From NCBI RefSeq assembly GCF_001194135.2, contig NC_068983.1, positions 98,943,420 to 99,007,419 on the forward strand: a DNA stretch of 64,000 nucleotides, given 5' to 3'. How positions within the stretch are numbered: the first letter of the stretch is position 1; every line of letters begins with the position of its first letter. Positions 24,201 to 39,578 of the stretch are shown here, piece by piece. Source of the DNA: Octopus bimaculoides. Lineage: Eukaryota. The notes under the pieces were generated by a model that was given only the letters and a program-made list of their open reading frames with translations, searched no databases and was not told where the DNA came from. The position numbers and the translations under genes are program-made.

Positions 24201-27200
24201 GAACAACAAAGTCAACCTCAGTAGAATTCGAACACAGAACATAAAATGCTGTAAGAAATGTTGGCTATGCATTTTATCTGATGTGCTGGTACAATTAAGA
24301 GTCAGATGTCAGATGTAGCTTTAACACTTCAATTTTAGACTACAGTTAATAACTAGAAAGCTGAATAGAGCATCTAAACTTGTCGCAAGAGATTCTTTAA
24401 CTTAGGATTTGCATCAAAATTACTAAAATGTTACAAGTATAGCTACAACCACCACCACTACCATCATCATCTGTCTTACATCTACTTTTCCATTCTAGCA
24501 ACTGCAAAGGATATTTCAGTGCAATGTATATGGTCTGATACCCTTCATTTTAATCACATCTTACAATATGCAAGGATATAATATAACTATTCTGAAAACA
24601 GGGATACACAGGACAGTACAAATTAAAAGTTGCTTCAAAAAATTATATTTACCAATAACAGCTTTTTTTCTTTCTGTTTCAGCCTCCTTTTCAACTACCT
24701 TTTGCCGTGCTTGAAAAATTAGAAGTTTAGTCTTTTCTGCTTCCCTGGAAAAAGCACAGATTAAATTAATTGACTCAAATATAATTCATACCACATATCG
24801 AGTCTAACTGATGGAAAGAAATGTTTAATAAATTTAAAGTCCCCTTCAAATACATTAGTGTCTACAGATAAAATAAAGTCAAAATGATAAAGTGTTGCTG
24901 GATTTTTTATTTTTGTAGACTTATTTATTGTTGACTTCCTGTGCATATTTTGTATACTGTTCATGCAGTCTTGGTTACTTTTTCTGATGAGTTGTAGTGC
25001 ACCTGAGCACTGTATACAATAAGTTCATTATTATTATTATCATTATTATTATATTATTATCATTATAGTCAGAACACCAGTGTAGCACCTATCTTTTCCA
25101 AATAATGATTTACTAAGACAATTTAAAAGAGAAGTTTCACTTTCTCTTACACACACACCATTTTATCATAGAAGAGCACTGCTACAAATTCAACAGAGAA
25201 GTAGATTCCTCATCATCATCATTACTTTTTATATTCTATTCTCTACTGTAGATCTCTTGTATTAAACCTGTCGTTTCTGTCATCTGTGAGAGGTTTGAAG
25301 AAGTGATATTCAGGGTATAATTCAGGCGACGATGTTCAACAGTTTTAGATGAGAGGAACAATACAACTCGACAGTAAGGTAAAGTTTGCAAACAGTTGTG
25401 GGGTTTTTTTTTTTTGTTTGTTTTGTTTTGGCAACTTTCCAAATATAAGACCATTGTCCTTCAGTAAACAATATTTCTGAAATAAGCTACAGACAATTTG
25501 GCTGTTTAACAAAAGCTTCAGAAGTATCAACGTTTCATTATATTTCATCACACCTAGGTGTTACCTGCTTTTTACTTGAGGAAGCCAAATTGAATTATTA
25601 ACAAGTTTGTGGATCAAGTTTATGGTTATAAACACTAAAAATTATTGGATATAGAGAATCCAGAATTTAGTGAAATTCCTTATTTCATAATCTCATTACT
25701 AAGATTCATTCACCCACATATTTATAGATTATATTCAACTGAACAATATATTTACATTGCTTCATAGTTACGTCGAATACTTTCAGGTATTTTTGGCTTG
25801 GTTACTCGAACAGCTTGAACCAAGAGACCCTCAGCCAATTGATCTAAGTCTTCTTGTAGAGCCCGCTTTAAGTTTTCATCAATTTGATCTGAAAATAAAC
25901 CATTGACAGAATTCTTAATTCTACATGTCAAATATAAATTGACAAGGTTTTAAAATTAATATTTTAACAAGATTATGATTGTGTGTCCTATTAAATTCAT
26001 CTTTAGAGATAAAGCATTGACTTTTGAATCTACACTTACATTGCATCAGTCTGATTTGTGGTCAATAGTGTGTGTCTTGTGCATGGCTATGTGGAGAGTG
26101 TCAGCCTCTCTACATATCCAGACACTAGGAACCTTTATTCTTCAACTAAGGATATTAATGCTCTTATCTACTAGGTCACTGGTGCATGTAATATTGGTTT
26201 CAAATTTTGACACAAGGTAAGCAAGTTCAGGGGGAGTGGGTAAGTTGATAACATCAACCCCAGTACTCAACTGGTACTTATTTTATTGACCTCAAAAGAA
26301 TGAGGGGCAAAGTTGACCTTAGTGGAATTTGAACTCAGAACATAAAGATGGGTGAAATATCATTAAGCATTTCGCCCAGCAGGCTAACAATTCTGCCAGT
26401 TCACCGCCTTACTGCTGCATGTAATATTAACTGCATATTACAATTGGAGACAAAATAACTGAAACATAATGTAGATGTGAAATCTTAAACAACTGCTATA
26501 TTTTTAATGATGATGTGTGGTTTAGTGGATAGGGAGTTGTATTCACAATCACAACATTGTGGTTTCAGTGCATTGTGTTCTTGAGTGAAACACTTCATTT
26601 CACATTGCTTCAGTCCATTCAGCTGTAAATGAGTAACCCTGCAATGAACTGGTATCCCATTCAAGTGGAATATTGTGATCTTGGTCAATCATATGTTATG
26701 GAAACTGGATAACCAACCCTCAGTCTTAGGACTTGTGACAGTAATGTCCAGGAGAGGATACCTTCATTTTATGAACACCACTTCACTTTGAGCATATAGA
26801 CGTGATATTAAAGTTTTCCAGTCCTACACTCTCTGAGTGGTTGGCGTTAGGAAGGGCATCCAGCTGTAGAAACTCTGCCAAATTAGATTGGAGCCTGGTG
26901 TAGCCATCCGGTTGCACCAGTCCTCAGTCAAATCGTCCAACCCATGCTAGCATGGAAAGCGGACGTTAAACGATGATGATGATGATGATTACACTGTGTA
27001 ATGTAATTTTTGTCTTTGGATAGCAATGTTATTTCTTACTTGCTTATTGCTAGAAATTATGAAAAATGGCTAATATTTCCTTCAAACTTTGCTTTTGTTA
27101 CATTTATTCAAACCTCTAAGAATCCCTCTCAACACATGGCTAAGATGCTTCCCAACTACTACTGCTCAAAGATGCAAATATTGTCAGCCACCAAGGGACA

Positions 27201-30200
27201 TGCTCAAGTGGTTATGGTCAAGCAACTGACAAGCAAATCTGTGGTATTGAGTAGAATATTTGCTATGATGATATTTCTGCTTCAGTAACTCAGCACTGAA
27301 TCTGTCTGAAACATAATGGAAAATAAGTCAGCTTCATTACATTGGATATCCAGGTCACAAAAGCGAAGTCTGAAAGGAATAGTCATTTCCTTTGATTTCT
27401 AGTTAGAAGCAAGTAGGGAATAATACTTACTGACCAAAGACAAAAAAATAATTTTAATTTTGTTACAGTGTTATTGGTTGAGTGAGTGTTTCAGCCTGTG
27501 TATTTCCATATATTTCAATTTCAGCACCTCACACACAAATAACTGATTACATAACAAGTAAAGAAAACTCTACTTAACACATTAACTGCCATGGCCTATC
27601 ATTGGAACTTACCGGTGATGCCATGTGTTTCTGGTCACATTGCATATTGTTTAATTACAAGGGAATGTAATTTTTTTGGACATTTTTACAATATTTCATA
27701 ATTAAACTTCAATACTCATGTTATTTAAATATCCTTGAAACTATGTCAAAGATACAGAATAAAATATTTTTCTCAAGTTATGAAAATGTACCACTGGTGG
27801 TGCACATGGCAGTTGTGTGAAGTTTGCGATGACCCACCAGTGGTACATATGGCAGTTAATGTACTAAATCTATCAGATGTGTCCTTCAAACTGTGTAGTT
27901 CACTGTTCAACCATCATTAGAGCAGCGGTTATAGATTAACTATGACAACATCAACTTACATTATCATAACAGAATTCTCAATTTGATACATTAACATTCA
28001 TAAACTTACCAAACAAATCAATATAAACTTCTTGCAAATTATGGACACTGCAAAACTGATTAAGCTCATGATGTATTTTGTTATAAATAAGGGTTTTGTC
28101 ATAATCTGCTGTGTAATTTTTAACAATATCATGAACTGAAAATAAATAAAAATGTTTACAAATATTAAATAATGATTTTTTTTAAATAACAACAACAATA
28201 ACATCAGTTTCAAATTTTTGCACAAGGCCAGCAATTTTGGGGGAGAGTAAGTCAATTACATCAACCTCAGCATGAAAGGCAAAACTGACTTCAGCACAAG
28301 TTGAACTCAGAATGTAAAGATAGACTAAATGCCACGAAGCATTTTGTCTGGCATACTAACAATTCTGCCGGTTTGCCATCTTAAAAAATATATATAAATA
28401 ATATCAGCATTTGTTCATTAAATAATAACAATTTAGATGGAACTAAATGACTGTGATGTTCCAACTAATTTTTAGCCAAAACAATTCTAAAAGGAGAAAT
28501 GATTTCATTAGGCAAGCTCAATAACAACAGATATTCCGAGGGATCAATACTCATTATATACATGTAGACAAAGGGTAAAGACCCACTTTGGTCATGAATG
28601 ACCATGGGAGTGCAGCTAGAAAGTTACTCACCAAGGCACAAGTCCGGGCAAGGTTGTTTGTGAAAGACCAGCAGTCACCCATGCATACCAGTCTGCTCTC
28701 TCCATGCCACTGATGTTATCCAAGGAGAAGGCAAAGGCTAATACAGCTTGACGCCAGTGACATTACAACTCATTTCTACAGCTAAGTAAACTAGAACAAC
28801 GTGAAATAAAGTGTCTTGCTCAAGAACACAACACAGAGCCTGGTCCAGGAATCAAACTCACTACTTCATGACTGTAAGCCCTACACTCTAACCACTAAGC
28901 CATGCACCTTCACTTAGATATGTAGATATATGTAAATCAATCAGTTTGAGGTTATATCATGTATTTAACAATGGGATTAAACAGAAATTTGTTTTAGCAA
29001 GAAACAAGTATATAATTTGCTTGCTTTTACTCCCTAAATCATTTGAGTATTTAATAGATTTATATATATATATATATATATATATATNNNNNNNNNNNNN
29101 NNNNNNNNNNNNNNNNNNNNNNNNNNNNNNNNNNNNNNNNNNNNNNNNNNNNNNNNNNNNNNNNNNNNNNNNNNNNNNNNNNNNNNNNNNNNNNNNNNNN
29201 NNNNNNNNNNNNNNNNNNNNNNNNNNTATACCATATTTATTTGTGTATAAGACATCCCTAATTTAGTGTTAAATCTTGGTACAAATTTTTACCCTTAATA
29301 TTCAAACTGGATATCAGCTTTGCCCTGTATATAAGCCACATCCCAGTTCTTTTCAGTTAAAATCAAATATAAGATAGTAAGACTTATACATGAGTATGGT
29401 GCTAACTGTAAAGAGTAAGTGAACTGGAAGGATATCCAAAATAGATCATTACTTTCATTTAATATCATGCTGAATTCACTGTTATGTTGTCTCAGCTAAT
29501 TAACAACAAACAGCTTCACACTATAAATCACAGTGGAGGCACATAGCTTAGTGGTTAGGGTGTTGGTTTCATGATCATAAGATTGTGGTTTCGATTCCTT
29601 GACCAGGTGACATGTTATGTTCTTGACCAAAACACTTCATTTCACATTGCTCCAGTCCACTCAGCTGGCAAAAATGAGTAATCCTGTGATGGACCAGTGT
29701 CCTGTTGAGATGGGGAATATATACACCATGGAAATCAAGAAACTGGCCCTTGTCAGCATGACTCAAGAAGGAAACTTTACCTTATTTACCATAAATCACA
29801 CTGTATATACATCAAACTGTTGTAATCACATACCTGCTGCTATATCCAGTTTGTTAACAACCTCAATGCGGTCGAAATATATCATTACACCACCACTGAA
29901 AGAAGTAAAATAAAGCATATAAGTTATATCATCATCATCACCATGTTAGGCCTTGATAACCCCAACTACTGCATTAGCTTAGATACAATCCACATTTAGA
30001 CTTACCCTTTCACATTTTGCACCTGTATCATAAGCCACTCAATAGATTCGATGCTAATCTCAACAGCTTCAACATATATGGTCAGTACAGTTCTCATCAA
30101 CCTGTCATGCACATCTACTTTTCCCATAGCTCACCAAATTACAGGCTGTGAAAACACATTAAAAGCCTTCTCATCATCAACAAATGAAAAGTAAAATGGT

Positions 30201-33200
30201 TTTACTACACAACATTTACCTCTATCAAAGCTGTCACACTAAAGTTCTATACTCTGGAATAAATTCTACATCACACTAGCTTGTCTATGACTCTTTTTAT
30301 GCATGCACCCCAACTATAACTTAGCCCAAGAACATATCTATCTCTTGTAATTTCCATTGTAGTACATCATTATTATCATCATCATTTAATGTCCACGCTC
30401 CATATTGGCATTGGTTGGATGGCTTGACAGGATCCAATGTGTCCAAAGACAACTTTCAGCACCAATGTTCCCTTTGGCATGACTTTTACAGCTGGATGCC
30501 CTTCCTAACACCAGCCCCAACCACTTTAGATCATGGACAGCATACTTTTTTGTGCCACCTGTACTATTGAGGTTGCCATGCAGTTCACAGAACTATGAGC
30601 TCTGGATGAGGTGAGGGGGTAGGGGTTCAGTATCATGCAAGGGGACAAGGGGATTGCTCACCAACACAATTTGAACTCAGAATGCAAAGAGCTAGACCAG
30701 ATATCGCAAGGCATCTCATCTTATGTGCTCTAACAAATTTTCCAAGTCTCAACTGGTACTTTATTGACCTTGGACAGATAAAAGGTAAAGTTAACTTTTT
30801 GAAGTCAGAATTCAGAGATGCAGAACAAATATCACAAGGCCATTCTACCTTATGCACTAATAATTCTGCAATTCTACTACCTGTACTTAGTTCAGATATA
30901 TTGTACTGTAACATTAAAGCATACGGCTTGTCACATCCTCTTCATAAACAAGGTGGGAATTTAGTTCACTAGTTATTTGAGCACTCCACAAACACACGTA
31001 CCCTTAACTTAGTTCTCAGGGAGAACTGTGTTAAGGGTATGCATGTCTGTGAATGTTCAGCCACTTGCACAGTAATTTCACAAGCAGGCTCTTCCATTGA
31101 TTGGATCAACTGGAACATTCATCACTGTAACCGACAGAGTGCCAGTTATTAATTCTTAAGATATCTCAATAATAATTGAGATATTCTGTCACTTACTCTG
31201 TATGTTCAGATCTTAATCTGAATGAAAATTGAAGGACAACTCCTACTATTACTACTAATACGTATACCACTGGTGGTAGTGGTGTTAGTAGTAGTAGTAG
31301 TAGTAATAATAAATAATAACCTAAAGAAAGGAATACTTTGCTGGTTCCAGAGAAAGTGGAAAACTAGTTAACTGCAGTAAGATTTGAACATACAATCCAG
31401 TTGCAATCAAACCAGATATTATAACGTATCTGGTCCTGTTTGCAGCTGTCTGCACCCATTCCACTGCCTAAGAATTAAATGATTTACCTTGTGCCACACG
31501 GAACATTCTTCACTTCGTCAGTCTGTAAGGTTGTCTAAAACCAAAAGAAGAAAAGACATTTGTTAAAGGAAATAAACAAATGACACACTTGTAATAATAT
31601 TTTTTCCTTATCAGTCACTTTATCAAAATTTTCAGCTCAATACAGCTGTGGGTTGGAAGAGGCCTCATGGCAGGCCCCACACCAGATGGTTGGATGTGAT
31701 TGGGGAAGATCTCCGGAGGCTTGACGTGACTCGACGAGACCTCCGGAGGCTTGACGTGACTCGACGAGACCTCCGGAGGCTTGACGTGACTCGACGAGAC
31801 CTCCGGAGGCTTGACGTGACTCGACGAGACCTCNNNNNNNNNNNNNNNNNNNNNNNNNNNNNNNNNNNNNNNNNNNNNNNNNNNNNNNNNNNNNNNNNNN
31901 NNNNNNNNNNNNNNNNNNNNNNNNNNNNNNNNNNNNNNNNNNNNNNNNNNNNNNNNNNNNNNNNNNNNNNNNNNNNNNNNNNNNNNNNNNNNNNNNNNNN
32001 NNNNNNNNNNNNNNNNNNNNNNNNNNNNNNNNNNNNNNNNNNNNNNNNNNNNNNNNNNNNNNNNNNNNNNNNNNNNNNNNNNNNNNNNNNNNNNNNNNNN
32101 NNNNNNNNNNNNNNNNNNNNNNNNNNNNNNNNNNNNNNNNNNNNNNNNNNNNNNNNNNNNNNNNNNNNNNNNNNNNNNNNNNNNNNNNNNNNNNNNNNNN
32201 NNNNGACGTGACTCGACGAGACCTCAGGAGGCTTGACGTGACTCGACGAGACCTCAGGAGGCTTGACGTGACTCGACGAGACCTCAGGAGGCTTGACGTG
32301 ACTCGACGAGATCTCCGGAGGCTTGACGTGACTCGACGAGATCTCCGGAGGCTTGACGTGACTGGACGAGATCTCCGGAGGCTTGACGTGACTGGACGAG
32401 ATCTCCGGAGGCTTGACGTGACTGGACGAGATCTCTGGAGGCTTGATGTGATTGGACAAGATCTCCGGGGGCTTGACGTGATTGGGGAAGATCTTCAGAG
32501 GCTTGACATCACCTTAGAGGATGCAGAGGGACTGGTACAGGACCACCAGTGATGGAGAGCATTGGTAGACTTGGTCAGCTCTACGCATGATGATGTCTCT
32601 GGGACTACTAACTTGGAATGACCCCAGCCCCATCAAGAAAGAGCATGAAGCCAAGCCAAACCAATACTTTATAATATTAATTGCACTTGTTTTGGCAAGG
32701 GATTTAATGCAAGATGATGTTTGGGACTGTCACCAACCCTCACTTGCTTCCAAGCAAGGTAATATTTCTCTATTGTCAGAATAGGTTTTCACAGTATCTC
32801 TGGTATATTTGCATTTCTTCTTTGCTGAGCAAATACTGTTTGAATGTCTGACCCACACAAACATGGAAAAGTGGATGCTAGGCAACAACGATGATGATGA
32901 TAGCTGTGATGGCGGTGAAAGGTATTCAAATTACTCAAACAATTCGTATAATTGTCAATGTGTACCAACCCTAATCATGGGTCATGATTTGTTAAAGTTT
33001 GAGGTGTAAAAGAAAAACGAAAAGTAAATGAAGCATAGACTTACCTGAACAGAACGGAATGAAGTAATGAAAGGTAACATGAAGTGGTAGCCTGGGTTAC
33101 TTGTAGCACACAACAAGGCTCCTCCCTAAACAGGACAGAAATACTTGAATCAGTCAACAAAAACAACAAAGCAATATATTAACCCTTTAACATTCAGATT

Positions 33201-36200
33201 ATTCTGTCAAATGTAATGCTATTTATTCACACTTTATCCTACATTATTGTGCAGCTTTGATATTTTAATTATGTGATTGTTTATTTTTAGACTAACATCA
33301 TAGGTTAAATGTGCAAAGTTGGACCTGGCTTGTTTGAACATAAAACAAAGAATATTTTGGCCTGATATGGCCAGTTTAAATGCTAAAGGGTTAAAAAAAA
33401 AATTTTTTAAACGGAAAAAACCTTCAGAATTCAAAATTATCAATACAAATACATTAGATTGAAGGCAGTGAGCTGGCAGAGATGTTAGTATGCTGAGTGA
33501 AATACTTAGCAGTATTTTGTCTGCCATTACATTCTGAGTTCAAATTCCGCTCAGGTCAACTTTGCCTTTCATCCTTTCAGGGTCGATAGATTAAGTACCA
33601 GCTACGCACTGGGGTTGATGTAATTGACTTAATCCCTTTGTCTGTCCTTGTTTGTCCCCTCTATGTTTAGCCCCTTGTGGGCAATAAAGAAATAACAAAT
33701 ACATTAGATTTGGTTGCTCCAAATATTTTAACCGATATACTGAATGTTCAACATCTAAATCAAACATTTCTTCATTTGTTCAACTCTTGGTAAATTTAAC
33801 AAGTTCCATGTGGTTCCTGAAAATACATCTTTCTTTTATCTTTCACATGTTTTAGTCATTGCAGTATGTCCATGCTGGGACGCCACATTGAAAGGTTTCG
33901 TCAAACAAATCAACCCCAGAACTTATTTTTTAAGTTTGGAGGTTATTCTATCAGTCTCTTTTGTGTAACTGCTAAGTTACAGGGACATAAACAAACCAAC
34001 ACTGGTTGTCAAGCTGTGTTGAGGGGAAAAACGCAAAGACATGCACACAGATATATACATTTATATATACATTTATATATACATTTATATATATATATAT
34101 GTGACTACACTCTCTGAGTGGTTGGCGTTAGGAAGGGCATCCAGCTGTAGAAACTCTGCCAAATCAGATTGGAACCTGGTGTTGCCATCCGGTTTCACCA
34201 GTCCTCAGTCAAATCGTCCAACCCATGCTAGCATGGAAAGCAGACGTATAACAATATATATATATATATCCCTGGAGAAAAAAAACTTTTTTTATTTATG
34301 CATGAATCCTCAAGGGGTGGCCATCCTCTAAGTTATAGGGATTGTCTTCACTCTTCAGTATAATGTGAGAGTAGAATTTTTTCAACTTCTGCCACAACTA
34401 GCAGTGTTCTCATATATGTCTTCCTTCATATTACTTAGTTTGGTATACATCCTGTCTTTATCACTGCAGTGAAAAAATTATTCAGTTCAAAGAAAAAAAA
34501 AAAATCAAACTAACTGAAATGCAAGTCTAAAGTCTACCTAATAACCTGTTTATCTTTCAGCCTGAATTCACATGGAAATAATTTAGGTGAAGTGGATAAA
34601 AATTATACTGATTTTCACTTCAGCACAACCCACTTTTCACTAATTTGGTATAGCTTTATCACATATGTACAATTTTCTCTCACCATTTTATTTTATTTTT
34701 AGTCTTTCCATATTACAATATTAAGGTGTAGTTTACATTACATTAAGAATTTTTCTTTTTTAATATAAAAATAAAAAAATAAATAAATAGCATTCTTCCG
34801 ATATCTTAGCAACCTATAAATAAACATCAAGGAATTTAGTTTCAAATCAGTAAAATTCAGTTTGTTTTGAATGTAAGTTTCATTTATCTTCTATCTTTGT
34901 TCCGGTCATTGGACTATGGCCATGTTGAAGCACCACCTTGAGGGGTTAAATCAACAAATTGACCCCAGTACTCTTTTTTTAAAAAGTTTAGTATTTATTC
35001 TATCAGTTCCTTTTGCCAAACCAGTTTCAGGGATGTAAACAAAACAACACTGGTTGTCAAGCAATGATAGAGGACAAACAAAGACATGCACACACACATA
35101 TGACAGGCTTCTGACAGTTTCTGCATACTAAATTCACTCACAAGCATAGGTTAGTCCAAGGCTGTAGTAGAAAACACTTGCCCAAGGTGCCACACACTGA
35201 GATTGAACCAGAAACCACATGGTTGTGAAGTGAGCTTCTTAATCGCACAGTCATGCCAGTACCAATTTACTCTTTTTGACAATACTGGCTTATTTTTGAC
35301 AAGGCAAAAGAAATTATATTTTGAGAAAGAAAACGCAACATTAATGCCTTCCCATCAAACACAAATGCACGAGCAGAAATATACATATACAGATAGAGAG
35401 AAGGAGAGAGAAGAGTAGCAGATAACAGCAACCTTTGGCAGCTACTTGGACCCCGTTGTGTCCACTACTCTGATTGATTGATATTGGCACAATTTATCTC
35501 TTACTCTGTTACACCAATATGCAGTGTACAACCAATTGGAGCCCCTAAATAAGATCATGTGAGACAGCCTGTTCTTAACTCAGTCTGAGCTTATAGCTCC
35601 TTATAAAAACCTAGATACTCCTCGTTTCGAAGTCTTTGGTTCCAGACCTTTTAAGGTCTAACCACTGACCGCACAAAACACAGCCAGTTCCAGTGACAAT
35701 GCCAGATGCCCAAGTTTCAACACAGCACTGTTTGTGAATTACTTCACCAGGGATCAATAGCAAGTATACAACCTGCAACCCAGATGACAACAGCATTATG
35801 GCAATCTCTTTCTTTGTCGCTACCATCTTCTTAACGACGTCCACAAAATCTCTATGTACATAGCTCAACCAGCAACACTGCACAGGTTCTAACACAGCAC
35901 TGTTCACGAATTACTTCACCATGGTTAACAGCAAATATACCACCTGCAAGAACTCCTGTACAAGTGACCCAGGCAGCAGCATTACAGCCACAACTTCATA
36001 CGACACATACCACAACCGGCTCTGCATCATCGTCACAACTTCTTGATGCAGTATTTCAATCACCATGTACAACTGGCTAAGAACTGCTATTTCTCATTCT
36101 TGCGTCTATGAACATTTGTCTAACTTCTCATTATAGACTCTTTCACTTTCTCCTTCATTGTTATTCTTATATGTACTTAACGCACATGCATATACTCATG

Positions 36201-39200
36201 CCTATACACACATACACTTTGTTCTTATGATGGTATGTCATTTATTCTGTATACATGACACACACACAGACACACATTAAGCTATCAATAAAATTTCTCT
36301 CTAAACCTTCTACTCGGTTGTGTCTCTCTTTTTCCAACTGGCATTATATATATTATTCCAGCCTTCTGAACGGAGTCATTATTAGATGGTATACACCACA
36401 CTTCACATACATCTTATCTATAATATGGTGACCTGACGTGGAACACATACCACGGTCCACCATCTATAATGGTGAACTGACATAGAACACACCACTGACC
36501 ATCTAAATTGGTCACTCCGATGTTCTAAATCACAAGAGAAATATACTCACATATATAAATGGAGAGAAAGGAGGAAGAGAATGAGAGAATCATTAAAAAA
36601 AAAATTCTCATGTCAAACAAGTCAGCATCAAATTGGCAGTGTTAAAACAGTTGTGCCAAAACATTTTGCTCCTTCAACTCCAACTGGATATAATCAACAA
36701 TATTTCATTCTTAGTTTCAAATTTTGGCTCAAGGCCAACAAGTTCAGGGTATTGGGTAAATCAATTACATTGACCCCATTGCTCAACTGGTACTTATTTT
36801 ATCAACCCCAAAAGGATGAAAGGGAAAGTCCACTTTGGTGGAATTTGAACTCAGAACATAAAAATGGACGAAACTCCATTAATCATTTTACCCAGTGTGC
36901 CAACAGATCTGCCAGCTGACCTCCTTAACAATATTTCATTATTAGCAGATCATAGGGATTCAATTACATGTAGGAAATAACTGTCCAGAGAACGAAATGC
37001 TAAAAGTGTTGCACGTGTTCACATTCAATGTCCTTGACCTCCAACCTCTGGTACGAAACAAAAGTGATGCAACAGCTGATACATAACACAATAACAATTT
37101 TACACATATACACACATTCATACAATTTGCAAATAAAACACGGTTTTACATTAGAGACTTCTAAGATTAATGATACAGAGTTAATTACCATTTTATAATA
37201 TATTTATACAATCTATATAAAACGTGACACAATAGGCTATGAGAAGACATGCAAATTCCAGCATTGTTTATACTTTAGGAGGCACCAAAGCAGTCTCTAT
37301 GTGGTTTCATTCTACCAAGGTTATGGACATTCAATATGACTGCATAAGTAGAATTTTTGCCACAAATTATACAAAAATTATAATTAGTTTACAAATGAAT
37401 ATTAATCTACTTACTCTGTAATAAACACCAACATGACCTGCAAGTTGCAAAAAGAAACATAAATAAATACACTGGAGCAGAACAGAAGAGCAATAGTTTA
37501 AAATAAACATAAAACATTCCATCTGATATTAAAATAAGTTTTCTCTTTCAAAATGTCTTAATTTTGTATCCACATGCCTGTATTTTATCATTCTTTATTT
37601 AAAAGTCATATTTAATACAGTACATGCAGGTGTGGTGTGGTTTGCTTCCCAGTCACATGGTTTCTGGTTCAGTCCCACATTATGGCACCTTGAGCAAATA
37701 TCATCTACTACAGCTCTGGGTGTTAATCAGCCTTGTGAGTGGATTTGGTAGACAGAAATTTAAAGAAGCCCACCATATATATATATATATATATATCCTT
37801 CATCATATATAAAGATTAGGGGACATGCTTGTATGCAAGGACAGTCACAATTTTACTTAGCTTGTCATATCTTCCCAAGCACAGCAAACCACAAGAAGAT
37901 TCAGTCCCTTGTCATCCTCTCTGCAAGGCTCAGTGTCCGAAGATCCTTTTTCACTACTTTGTCCCACATCTTCATGAGTCTATCACTTCCACGCATTCCC
38001 TCTGCAATTAGAGATCGGCATTTCTTGATGCAGCGGTCCTCATCCATATGCCTCTATGAGGCCGAATTTCTGAAGATCCTTTCATTTGGTCAACCCAGTG
38101 CTACAGTAGAAGACTTTAGCCCAAGGTACTGTGCAGTAAGATTGAACCTCTAACTACATGGTTGGGAAGTGAACTTCTAATCCACACGGACATGCCTGCA
38201 CATCATCATCATCATCATTTAATGTCTGTTTTCCACATTGACATGGGTTGGACATTTGACAGGATCCAGCAAGTCACAAGGATGTATTGAGCCCCAATGT
38301 CAGCTTTGGCATGTTTTCCACAGCTGGATACCCTTCCTAAAGCCAATCTGAACCTATGTAAATGTGTGTATGTATCTATCATTATCATTTAATATCTGTT
38401 TTTCATACTGGTATGGGTAAGATGGTTTGACTGGAGAGAGCTGGACCAGTCATTTGTTTTGGCTGTTTCTACAGCTTGATACCCTTCCTAATGCCAACCA
38501 CTTTACAGAGGGCACTAGGTACTTTAAGTGTTTAGTACTAGGAAGAGCATCTAACCATAGAAACCAAGTCAAAACAGCTGACTGGAGCCTGGTGCAGCTC
38601 TCCAGCATGGAAAAACGGACATTAAAACAAATAGTAACCTTAACCTGATGTTGTTGTTGTTGGCACTCTGTCGCTTATGACGTCAGGGGTTCCAGTTGAT
38701 CCGATCAACGGAACAGCCTGCTCGTGAAATTAACGTGCAAGTGGCTAAGCACTCCACAGACACGTGTACCCTTAACGTAGTTCTCGGGGATATTCAGCGT
38801 GACACAGTGTGACAAGGCTGACCCTTTGAATTACAGGCACTACCGAAACAGGAAGTAAGAGTGAGAGAAAGTTGTGGTGAAAGAGTACAGCAAGGTTCGC
38901 CACCATCCCCTGCCGGAGCCTCGTGGAGCTTTTAGTTATTTTTGCTCAATAAACACTCACAACGCCCGGTCTGGGAATCGAAACCGTGATCCTATGACCG
39001 TGAGTCCGCTGCCCTAACCACTGGGCCATTGCGCCTCCACAACCTTAACCTGATACACAGCTTAATACCTCCATCTAGTCTTTGGCTGCCTTTAGTAAAG
39101 TTTACTTTGTAGTAAGGGCTCAAGCTAGATCATTGATTTGAGGATAACGTCCTCCAAACAATCTTAAAGACATTGAGAAAAAATAAAGTGTCGTGAGCAT

Positions 39201-39547
39201 TGTCGTTCTTTCTTGTTGCATCAATTGTATATATATTGATAATTCAGGTGTAGTTGTGCTAAAGACATGCATGAGGACAAAGTAACATGCCTACCTGATC
39301 ATTTTTATTCAATTACAATCTTATCTGATAAGTACAAAATACAATTATAATATTTACATAATATTCCTCACCCTAGCCTTCACTTATCTACTACCTGTGG
39401 CTCCAACATTTTCACTCACTCTGCAACCTCTAGACACAGCCAGACACTGACATGACGACCACTCAACACTTAATACCCAGGGCCAATAAATATCTAAGCC
39501 ACATATATATGTATGTGTGTGTGTGTGTGTGTAAATGTATGTATGCA

Positions 39548-39578
<31 letters not shown>

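Larger units (their letters stand above)
20950..25050 (+). repeat. Two copies of a retroelement 3' tail (~20950-21200 and ~24880-25050)
   Basis: Both end ...cttcctgtgcatatt...ttctgatgagtt[a/g]tagtgcacctgagcactgtatacaataagttcattat followed by a simple repeat. Confidence 0.65.

Noticed and set aside
31707-32500. Regular 30-bp repeats as a CRISPR array
   Set aside because: Units are head-to-tail with no unique spacers, there are no cas genes, the context is a eukaryotic intron, and the unit derives from the surrounding LINE frame.
38960-39040. tRNA gene
   Set aside because: It is the tRNA-like head of a SINE with a continuous body, tail and TSD; no complete cloverleaf acceptor stem.
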